Shown in pieces: positions 41,495 through 49,699 of a DNA stretch of 64,000 nt. Position 1 is the stretch's first letter. Every line of letters begins with the position of its first letter. The notes under the pieces are model-generated. The model saw only the letters and a list, made by a program, of their open reading frames with translations. It was not told where the DNA came from and did not search any database. Source of the stretch: Candidatus Bathyarchaeota archaeon (GTDB taxonomy: Archaea; Thermoproteota; Bathyarchaeia; Bathyarchaeales; Bathycorpusculaceae); NCBI GenBank assembly GCA_963707955.1, contig OY970176.1:480001-544000 (forward strand), in the 5' to 3' direction. The position numbers and the translations under genes were made by a program.

Positions 41495-41797
41495 ATGTCT
41501 GCTAGTGCGCGCCCGTTCAAGTATTTACTCGGATGGCTAATCGCAGGCACCAGAGGCGGGGTGACCCGCGCTAGAATAATCCAGACCTTGAAGGAGACTC
41601 CGCAAAATGCAAATCAGTTGGCAAACAAGCTTGGAATGGATTATAGGACAATAAGGCATCATCTCGGAGTGCTTGAGAAGAACAGAATAATCACATCGGC
41701 TGGAGAGGGGTATGGCATCACATATTTCTTGTCTCCAGCGATGGAAGAGAATTACGCCTTGTTTGAGGAGATTTTGAAGAAAATCTGGAAAAAGTAG
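41495..41797 (+). CDS. ArsR-like winged-helix transcriptional regulator
   Basis: WLIAGTRGGVTRARII...NANQLA...DYRTIRHHL. Confidence 0.88.
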   Translation: MSASARPFKYLLGWLIAGTRGGVTRARIIQTLKETPQNANQLANKLGMDYRTIRHHLGVLEKNRIITSAGEGYGITYFLSPAMEENYALFEEILKKIWKK

Positions 41798-41814
41798 AAA
41801 AGGGAGCAAAACAA

Positions 41815-42267
41815 ATGAAGAATCGGATGAACAAAAACGTTAGAAATGGGTTAATACTGACAACGTTGATAGTGGTAGTGGTAGCTGTATGGGCAGCACT
41901 ATGGGCTGCATCCGTCTCTTGGTTTCCGCGTTATCCTTTTGAACTTCGGCCGCCGCCTCCTGGCACCAATCGTTACGACATACAGCTTTTCTATACTGTA
42001 GAAACAGTAGTTTCCGCGGTCAATGTGACGCTTTCAACCATTCTATTGCTCATGTACGTTAGCATATACAGGAGGACGCGGTCGGAGTTTACAATAGGGC
42101 TAATGATATTTTCAGCAGTCCTTCTTCTACATGCTTTCGTCTCCTTTCCTTTGCTAGGCCGAGCTTTTGGTTTCTATCCTTATGGTCTCGGCCCGTTTGC
42201 CATGCTGCCCGACTTGTTCACATGCCTTGCACTAGTAGTTCTTCTATACCTCACCTTCGAATACTAA
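41815..42267 (+). CDS. Four-TM membrane protein co-transcribed with the regulator
   Basis: Hydrophobic helices; YRRTRSEFTIGL motif. Confidence 0.8.
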   Translation: MKNRMNKNVRNGLILTTLIVVVVAVWAALWAASVSWFPRYPFELRPPPPGTNRYDIQLFYTVETVVSAVNVTLSTILLLMYVSIYRRTRSEFTIGLMIFSAVLLLHAFVSFPLLGRAFGFYPYGLGPFAMLPDLFTCLALVVLLYLTFEY

Positions 42268-42579
42268 GAGTGCAATTCATAATATGATTCCATCGCTCTA
42301 GTGGAATCAAGGTAATCAAAGAATTGTTGCCTTTTCATCAAGAAATAGCAGATCCCCCGGAGAAATCGCTGTTGTCACAATGGTCTTGGAAGTTCTCACA
42401 AAATCAAAGCTCAATTTAATAACTCCCTCCTCCGGCTCTTAGTAAGCGCGGATCAAGATGTTTTTGATTTCACGCCACATTAGAGCAACGAATAGCGCGC
42501 GCTGCAAATATGATGAAGCCAGAATAATGGACTCTTATTCCAGCTGTAGAGAACTGATGCCACTTTCAAGGTTCACAAA

Positions 42580-43494
42580 TCACGAAGGGCCTTCGGGTTT
42601 GAGAACCTTTGCTCCTTTACGAACACGCTGCATGAAAAGGGGAATAAGCTTCTCAGCGATCAAAAAAGCGCACGTGCCATAGATGACGCCGCCGATCACG
42701 TCTATTACATAATGCTCGCCAAGATAGACTGCACTGAACCAAACCCCAATGGGAAACACGATTATGGGTAGGGCTTTCGCTTTCTTTATCTTAAATGCGA
42801 AAAGTGAAATCAGCCAAGGATACATTGCGTGAAGACTAGGAAATGCCGCATTTGGGTTAGCTGAAACGAAATCGATGAGGGTGCGATAGAAAGGGATACC
42901 GATGTTTTTATCCACTTGCAACAAAATTCGAGTTACTCCAGTCACCGCGGACCATGGAGGCGCAACCGGATATATCAGAAATGTTACCAGGGCGCTGTAG
43001 GTGCCGATCGCAAGGACTAGGACGTATTTCCCAAAGTTTTCGGGACGGTACTTCCACAGCAAAAAGCCGAAAACTGCTGGAGCTATAAAATGCAAAGAAT
43101 AAAAAAAGGCACAAAGATAGTCCAAAAAGGGAGTTCTACAAAACTGTTGAAGCACAAGAGTCGGGATCGAACCGAACAGTCGCAACTCAAGATTTATAGG
43201 CTCGCTAACGTGCACAGTCAGTGCAAGGCTGCCAACCAAGCCATTCATGGCTTCATAACTTAAGAACAACGACACAAACGGAAACCAGTCTTTTACGAAA
43301 CGGCGAGTCCACTTGTTATACGCAGCGTAAACGAAGAAACATAGCGCTATCAACTCAGGCCCTGGAAGAACGCCATATGCTAGACAGAAAGCACTTAATA
43401 CCAACAAATAAACAGCAGGCAACGCAACCCCTAGGATGCGCGAAGAACGATAGTCGGACTTCGCCTCAAGCTTTGATCCAACTTCGTCTACCAT
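42580..43494 (-). CDS. PAP2/AUR1-like membrane phosphatase or phosphotransferase
   Basis: YPVAPPW, AAFPSLH, YLGEHYVID. Confidence 0.9.
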   Translation of the reverse strand: MVDEVGSKLEAKSDYRSSRILGVALPAVYLLVLSAFCLAYGVLPGPELIALCFFVYAAYNKWTRRFVKDWFPFVSLFLSYEAMNGLVGSLALTVHVSEPINLELRLFGSIPTLVLQQFCRTPFLDYLCAFFYSLHFIAPAVFGFLLWKYRPENFGKYVLVLAIGTYSALVTFLIYPVAPPWSAVTGVTRILLQVDKNIGIPFYRTLIDFVSANPNAAFPSLHAMYPWLISLFAFKIKKAKALPIIVFPIGVWFSAVYLGEHYVIDVIGGVIYGTCAFLIAEKLIPLFMQRVRKGAKVLKPEGPS

Positions 43495-43553
43495 AGGTAT
43501 TCCCTTACCCTGCTGTAGCGCACGGGTTATAATGCGTCCTCAAGAACTGTGTA

Positions 43554-43600
43554 TTATTTAACGTTTTTCAGAATTAAAGCCAATTCTATTTCTAGTCTAT
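43554..43600 (-). promoter_or_regulatory. Promoter with shared operator motif (copy 3), upstream of PAP2
   Basis: TTATTTAA-CGTTTTTCAGAATT-AAAGCCAATTC. Confidence 0.7.
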
Positions 43601-44172
43601 CCATCGCCGAGACGATTGATGCGTACGAAGTCCGCAAAAATCAACCCGTGAGTGCTTATTTGCATGGCGATGGTAACGCCAGAGACCCATGCGAGGACAT
43701 GAAGAAGTGGTCTTCAGAGATGAGGAGGCGACATTCTATTGTTATCGATCCAAATGGAGCAAGCTTTAAGGATGAAAGACTCGATATTTTTCTGATGGAA
43801 ACGGATATCCTGTGAGAGACTTGAGGGTTGATGACGCCGAGAGTCGCCATGCAAACGCATGATGTAACCAAGATATTCAAGTCGAAGGTCAGAAGTCTGG
43901 AGCATCGAAGTTCCATCTTTGAGCGCAGAACGCGCGTCTATTCAGATGGTTCTGCCTGAAATCTTAACATTAGCCCTCACGTGTGCCATATTGTAGCCGT
44001 TAGGTTATTTCATCTATTCATGGTGCCTAAGAACTGCCAGAAAGAATGGAACATTATCATGGTTCTAAGCCTTTTCTGCAGATCTGATCAATGCCGCCTT
44101 ATGGCATGGTGGCTTGCGCTTAGAGAAATCCGTGAAAATGACGCAAAAAAGTAGGAATTCGCATCTTGGAAA

Positions 44173-44272
44173 TGGTAGCCCGGGAGAGATTCGAACTCTC
44201 GTCGGCGGGTCCAAAGCCCGCTATGCTTGTCCACTACAATCGGCGGAAAGGTGTTCTTCCCTCCACCGGGCT
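44173..44272 (-). tRNA. tRNA-Gln(TTG) with 24-nt intron (44239-44262) at position 10/11; encoded CCA
   Basis: Spliced 76-nt sequence AGCCCGG TG GTGT AGTGGACAA GCAT A GCGGG CTTTGGA CCCGC CGAC GAGAG TTCGAAT CTCTC CCGGGCT ACCA folds as a cloverleaf. Confidence 0.92.
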
Positions 44273-44433
44273 TCTCCGGGCCACTCAGATAGACATTTTA
44301 CCCTCCTAATAAGTCTCCCATTAACTTTTTCGGAGGTTTTCTCAACTATAGCGGAGAAAATGGAAGACCCCAGCATGTCATGATCAAAAGATGAAACTGG
44401 CATCAACCCTTAGACCTGAACGGAAACTAATAT

Positions 44434-45305
44434 GCGCGCTAGCGGGTTCCTAAATTCGCTTTTTCAGGCGTGACGAGTTGGTTCATGTCCTACAGACGAT
44501 ACTTCGCGCTTTAATAGTCACACAGTCATCCACGGATCAACATAGCCCTATATAAAACGTGTTCGCGAATGAATTTGGGAACGAGGTCCTGTGAATGGCT
44601 TCCTACGCCGCGTTGCTGACGGCACTCATTTTTTAAAGGTTAAGCGTGCGAAAAATCCAAAATTGCATTAGAAGTGAATGATACCTAGACTGGTCATCGA
44701 GCGGGTTTGGGTCTGTATCTGTTTCTTTCGGAGAAGAAGTCGATCACTCTGGATTCTGTCAAGAACTTTGCATAGTGTTTTGCTTGGGCAGGAATGACGT
44801 ATTCATCGCCTTTCTCGCAGATTCTGGGCTTGCCTTCGATGATCAATTCCATTTTTCCTTCTATCATGATTCCCCATTGAGAATAGTCATGAGTGTGCTC
44901 TGGCACTTTTGCGGATGATTCCATTTCGAAGAAGACCAGCTGCTGCTTCTCCCCCTGCAGGATCCATGCTCTGACTCCTTTGAGTTGAATGTCTGCTTCT
45001 GGTAGACGCGTTATGACCTCAGGAAAACCTTGCCCACGTCTACCCTTAGCATCGTCCAAACGTTCCACCCGCAGGCTGAACAAACACAGGAAGAAGTATT
45101 AATGTTTGCGCTCCTGAGCGCCATCTAGATCGTGAGATTCTATCTTCTAAAATGCGTTGTCGCTACAGCGAGCGGTGCGCGCTTTTGCTTGCATTACCTG
45201 GTTCAAGGGTGATAGCGTGAACTATGACGGTGGCAACTTCATGTGGATCGCAAAACCTAACTCTAAGACGCTAGAAAAAGGGAATTTGGGAACCCGCTAG
45301 CGCGC
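44434..45305. mobile_element. Putative cassette/MITE-like unit: 38-bp terminal inverted repeats (34/38 identical) enclosing a cupin gene
   Basis: 44434-44471 GCGCGCTAGCGGGTTCCTAAATTCGCTTTTTCAGGCGT versus reverse complement of 45268-45305 GCGCGCTAGCGGGTTCCCAAATTCCCTTTTTCTAGCGT. No transposase in the window and no clear target-site duplication. Confidence 0.55.
44694..45083 (-). CDS. Cupin domain protein
   Basis: PEHTH...QWG...GDEYVIPAQAKH. Confidence 0.85.
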   Translation of the reverse strand: MFSLRVERLDDAKGRRGQGFPEVITRLPEADIQLKGVRAWILQGEKQQLVFFEMESSAKVPEHTHDYSQWGIMIEGKMELIIEGKPRICEKGDEYVIPAQAKHYAKFLTESRVIDFFSERNRYRPKPAR

Positions 45306-45481
45306 TAGATGCAATAACACTAAAGGTATTGATAGAAGTTCCATTCATTTTTTTGAATCAATAGCTTCTGTAGAGATTCGAGATCTGTGGACAGAATATT
45401 CTTGAGAGGACCACAAAGCTTATATATTAAAACATGTCACGTGGATAGCTACGCGGAACCGAACGTTCTGTTTTCTGAACA

Positions 45482-46471
45482 ATGATGAAGAATCACGACG
45501 GTTCTACGGAAAAATGTTCGAGGCGAAATGGATTGAGTAAGAAAGAAGGCGCAATTCGCCAACGCCTAATCGACAAGTGCCCGGAATGTGGTAGCTCAAA
45601 CCTTGTCCATGATTATGACACTGGTGAAACAGTTTGTGGTGATTGTGGACTCGTTTTGTACGAGCAGATGATGGACAAGGGACCAGAATGGCGTGCCTTC
45701 ACTCAGGAAGAGAAGGCATCTAGAAGCCGCGTTGGAGTGCCAACGTCCTATTCTGTTCATGATAAGGGCTTGTCAACGGCCATAAGCCAGGTTGACCGAG
45801 ACGCCTTTGGGAGAAAACTTCCGCTTTCAACGCGCCTGCAGATGTGGCGTCTCAGAAAATGGCAGATAAGGTCAAGAGTACACTCCTCGATCGATAGAAA
45901 CTTGGCCCAAGCAATGGCAGAACTTGACCGACTGTCAGACAAGGTGTACATTCCGCCGCCGACAAAGGAGAAGGCAGCGGTAACCTACCGTAAGGCCCTC
46001 GATAAAGGCTTGGTCCGTGGCAGGTCAATCGCAGCCATCGCTGCAGCCGCGCTCTACGCGGCGTGCCGTGGAAGCGGAACACCAAGAACCCTCCGTGAAA
46101 TCGCGGAGGCGAGCCTAGTCGACAAGAAAGACGTTGCGCGATGTTACCGGTTGCTGCTGCGCGAGCTTGAAGTGCACATGCCAATCGCGGATCCCCTTAC
46201 GTACGTTTCAAAGATAGCTGAGAGAACCGGAATAAGCGGCAAGACCCAGGGAATCGCCATACAGATCCTGCGGGAAGCCAGGAAGAGAAGAGCTGCTGCG
46301 GGAAAAGACCCCATGGGGTTAGCAGCTGCGTCACTGTACATTGCATGCTTGAAAAACAACGAAAAGAAGACACAGAAAGACATAGCTGAGGCGGCAGGCG
46401 TCACCGAAGTCACGGTTAGAAACCGTTACAAAAGCCTGAAGAAACAGCTAAACTTAGAGGTACCAGACTAA
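45482..46471 (+). CDS. tfb: Transcription initiation factor IIB
   Basis: CPECGS zinc ribbon, GPEWRAF, cyclin repeats, VTEVTVRNRY; probable start TTG 45533. Confidence 0.97.
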   Translation: MMKNHDGSTEKCSRRNGLSKKEGAIRQRLIDKCPECGSSNLVHDYDTGETVCGDCGLVLYEQMMDKGPEWRAFTQEEKASRSRVGVPTSYSVHDKGLSTAISQVDRDAFGRKLPLSTRLQMWRLRKWQIRSRVHSSIDRNLAQAMAELDRLSDKVYIPPPTKEKAAVTYRKALDKGLVRGRSIAAIAAAALYAACRGSGTPRTLREIAEASLVDKKDVARCYRLLLRELEVHMPIADPLTYVSKIAERTGISGKTQGIAIQILREARKRRAAAGKDPMGLAAASLYIACLKNNEKKTQKDIAEAAGVTEVTVRNRYKSLKKQLNLEVPD

Positions 46472-46491
46472 CCGAAAGCACACGGGCTCGG

Positions 46492-46695
46492 CTAGCTTTC
46501 CTCTTTTTCAAGTTCCATGATCAACAGGCCATAGTATCCGCATTTGTTACAAACATATTTTTTCGGCGTCAGCCAGTAATCTGTGCTGCTGGACAGGTGG
46601 ATCTCGGGACTTCCGCATCTCGGGCAGTATATCTTTGACGGCCGTCGACGCTTCATAGTCTTAAATAGTTCACCTATGTCTCGCAGCTTTCCCAT
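46492..46695 (-). CDS. Small zinc-ribbon protein
   Basis: CPRCGS...YVCNKCGY. Confidence 0.75.
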   Translation of the reverse strand: MGKLRDIGELFKTMKRRRPSKIYCPRCGSPEIHLSSSTDYWLTPKKYVCNKCGYYGLLIMELEKEES

Positions 46696-46722
46696 GTTGC
46701 GCCTGCATCCCTGACTGTGCTA

Positions 46723-47031
46723 TTATTGAAGCTCTATGTTCTCCTGTGGGTATCCCTTGCGTATCAAGAACTGGCGGACCCTTTCTCGATGGTCTCCTTG
46801 AAGCATAATCTGACCATTTTTCGCCGTTCCGCCGCATGCACAGAAGCCTTTCAACTCTTTGGCAATTTCCGGCAGGTTATTGTTTTTCTCGTCTATGCCG
46901 TCAACTATCGTCGTTGGTTTCCCGAACTTGCGTGTTTCGAGGCGTATACGGATTCGCAGTTGTTCCTTTTCGATTTCACCACAAGCGCATAAGTCCTTCG
47001 GCAGCCCGCATGTGGAACAAATTTCAGCCAT
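46723..47031 (-). CDS. sui1: Translation initiation factor aIF-1 (SUI1/YciH)
   Basis: CSTCGLPKDLC, CACGGT, LQGDHR. Confidence 0.93.
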   Translation of the reverse strand: MAEICSTCGLPKDLCACGEIEKEQLRIRIRLETRKFGKPTTIVDGIDEKNNNLPEIAKELKGFCACGGTAKNGQIMLQGDHRERVRQFLIRKGYPQENIELQ

Positions 47032-47223
47032 TTCGCTCAGCTGTACAATTGTTTTAGGGGTATATAAGAGTTTCAAATCATTGCTCTGTAAGCTAGCTCT
47101 ATGCGGCATAACGGTTTCGCCGAATAGAAACTCACCTTCCTTTCAAGAATGAATCATTTTGCAATAGAGCTTTAACGTTTGTTACGAAAGTCTTTAATCA
47201 AAAACTCCAGTGAAAGTACGCTC

Positions 47224-48372
47224 ATGAAGGTACTAGTTCTGGGTTCTGGAAACATCGGCTCAACGGCAGCAGGGGATATTGCCAAGAACATGAGTTCCTC
47301 CGACATCGTTATCGCTGACCAGGACGCAAGAAGAGCAAAGGATGTTGCTGATCAAATCGGCGAAAGCAACGTTTCATGGGTTCATCTGGACGCAGCAAAT
47401 CGTGGCCAGCTGCTTAACACACTGAAGGACTGTGACTTGGCCATGGGTTTTCTGCCTGGAAATCTTGGGTATAGTTTGATGAAAGCGTGCATCGAAGCAC
47501 GAAAGGATCTGGTTGACGTTTCTTATATGGCCGAGAACCCGTTAAGGCTTCATCAAGCCGCAACAAGTGCTGGCATTACGATCGTGCCAGACTGCGGATT
47601 GGCCCCTGGCATCAGCAATCTCATCGTGGGACACGCCTTTCAAAAGCTAGACAAAACGAACGCTGTTCACGTAATGGTGGGCGGTCTGCCAGAAAAACCA
47701 ATTCCGCCTCTGGGCTATATTGTCACTTGGTCTCCTGAAAGCCTAATCGACGAGTACACGAGAAAAGCGATAATAGTAAAGCGAGGCCGCAGGCTTCAGG
47801 TTGAAGCCTTGAGTGGGATGGAAAACATCGAGTTTCCAGAAGTCGGAAAGCTCGAAGCCTTTTTCACCGACGGACTCAGAACGCTTCTTTACACGATGGA
47901 TGGCGTAGGAGACATGTGGGAGAAAACACTAAGGTATCCTGGGCATGCTGAGAAGATAAAACTGCTTCAAGCCATAGGTTTGTTCAAAGAGGAGAAGATT
48001 AAAGTTGAAGGCATAGAGGTTTCGCCTAGAAAGCTCACGGTAAAGCTTCTTGAGCAGACACTGCGGAAGCCTGAGGTTAAAGATTTCGTGGCGCTGAAGG
48101 TCGAAGTCTATGGAGTCAAGAATGGCGAGGAAACGGGCTACACCTATCACATGTTGGACAATTGTGATAGAAAGCACGGGATAACTGCCATGGCCAGAAC
48201 AACGGCCTACCCGATGTCGATTGTTGCCCAGTTGATACTGGGCGGAGCCATCAAAGAGAAAGGCGTAGTTCCTCCTGAAAGGTTAGGCATGGACGACAGT
48301 GTCTTCAGAATCTTCTGGGACGGTTTAAAAAAGCGAAGAATACAGATTAGCGAAAAGAGGCTGAGTTGCTAA
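47224..48372 (+). CDS. Saccharopine dehydrogenase/lysine 6-dehydrogenase family protein
   Basis: GSGNIG Rossmann motif, DCGLAPG, EKTLRYPGH, AMARTT. Confidence 0.9.
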   Translation: MKVLVLGSGNIGSTAAGDIAKNMSSSDIVIADQDARRAKDVADQIGESNVSWVHLDAANRGQLLNTLKDCDLAMGFLPGNLGYSLMKACIEARKDLVDVSYMAENPLRLHQAATSAGITIVPDCGLAPGISNLIVGHAFQKLDKTNAVHVMVGGLPEKPIPPLGYIVTWSPESLIDEYTRKAIIVKRGRRLQVEALSGMENIEFPEVGKLEAFFTDGLRTLLYTMDGVGDMWEKTLRYPGHAEKIKLLQAIGLFKEEKIKVEGIEVSPRKLTVKLLEQTLRKPEVKDFVALKVEVYGVKNGEETGYTYHMLDNCDRKHGITAMARTTAYPMSIVAQLILGGAIKEKGVVPPERLGMDDSVFRIFWDGLKKRRIQISEKRLSC

Positions 48373-48496
48373 GCGTACATGTGTGACCTGATGACCGTCA
48401 AGGAACCAACTTGTCTGGGGCTTCTTGTAGACAAACGGTAAACTTAAAAGCCATCATGGAAAGGATATTTGCTAATTGACGACGAGGAGCATTGTA

Positions 48497-49699
48497 ATGC
48501 AAGACCGTCCAGCAATAGTTGCTGCTGGAAGAACACGATTCGGAGAACACTATGAGAAAGAGCCTGAAAAGCTGATTGAAGAAGCGTGGCTTAAGGCTTC
48601 GGCGGAAACAAACATAGAACGTAAAGACCTGGAAGCCTGCTATCTTTCAGACTACTTTCTCCCGATCACCAACAAGCTCGGTCTAGAGGAAGGCTTTCTG
48701 TCTGAACTAACCGAGCTCCATACTCCTATGGAAGTGACTCGATCCTTCAGCTCTGCCCTCTCAAATGCGTGCAACGCCATCCAAGCTGGAAAGCATGACA
48801 TGGTCTTGGTGGGCGGAATAGAAAAAATGACAGACCGCTGGGACAAGATACGCGACGACCTCATGCTCCTTGAAGACCCGTGGAGCTACTACGCGGGGTG
48901 TACGCCGGAAGCAAACCATGAACTGATGCTAAGAGCTTACATTAAAAAATACGGCTTCGCTGGAGACAACTTGGAGAAGCTCAACACCGCTTTGGCCCAG
49001 ATTTCAGTCAAGAACCACTTGCACGGCGCAAGAAACGAATACGCGCAATACCAAAGGGAGATATCCGTTGAACAAGTGTTGAACGCCAGAAAAGAGGCAC
49101 ACAAACCTTTAGGGCTTTATGACTATGCACCTATTTCTGACGGTGCAGCCATAATCGTCTTGGCCAGCGAAGAGGTTGCGAAGAAGTGTACCGACAAACC
49201 AGTCTACATCCTGGGATCTTCTTCAGCAACAGACTATCTAACCTACCCGGCAAGAGCGGATATGACCCACTTCTTAGTGACCCGAAATTCCATGAAGAAC
49301 GCTCTCAAAATGGCTGGAAGAGCCCTGTGGGACATCCAAGTTGCTGAACTCTACGATCAATCCACGGTCATGGAAATGGTTTCGCTTGAGGACCTAGGTT
49401 TCTGCGAGCCTGGAACGGCTTGGATGAACATATTCGAAAGCTGTTTGGACTACAAGGGCTACTACGAGATGGACGGTCACAAGCTTTTCGTGAACATGAA
49501 CGGCGGATTGAAAGCAGACGGAAACCCTTTAGGAGCAACGGGCGGCGCCCAAATCTTTGAGGTCGTAAAGCAGCTGAGAGGCGAGGCCTGTGAACGTCAA
49601 GTCAAAAGCGATGAAGAGCTGAAGTACGGCTGTGTGCTTGAGCTTGAGGGCTTCGGAACCAAAGGCTACGTCCACATTCTAGGGAGAGACTCGAAATGA
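48497..49699 (+). CDS. Thiolase-fold protein (archaeal acetyl-CoA acetyltransferase-like) with degenerate catalytic residues
   Basis: GGIEKM, ISDGAA, NGGLKADGNPLGATG; the Cys-containing EAACASG motif is absent. Confidence 0.85.
   Translation: MQDRPAIVAAGRTRFGEHYEKEPEKLIEEAWLKASAETNIERKDLEACYLSDYFLPITNKLGLEEGFLSELTELHTPMEVTRSFSSALSNACNAIQAGKHDMVLVGGIEKMTDRWDKIRDDLMLLEDPWSYYAGCTPEANHELMLRAYIKKYGFAGDNLEKLNTALAQISVKNHLHGARNEYAQYQREISVEQVLNARKEAHKPLGLYDYAPISDGAAIIVLASEEVAKKCTDKPVYILGSSSATDYLTYPARADMTHFLVTRNSMKNALKMAGRALWDIQVAELYDQSTVMEMVSLEDLGFCEPGTAWMNIFESCLDYKGYYEMDGHKLFVNMNGGLKADGNPLGATGGAQIFEVVKQLRGEACERQVKSDEELKYGCVLELEGFGTKGYVHILGRDSK

Noticed and set aside
35000-44173. tRNA-integrated provirus or island with att sites
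   Set aside because: No integrase and no duplicated tRNA-Gln 3' end was found, although the region looks accessory.
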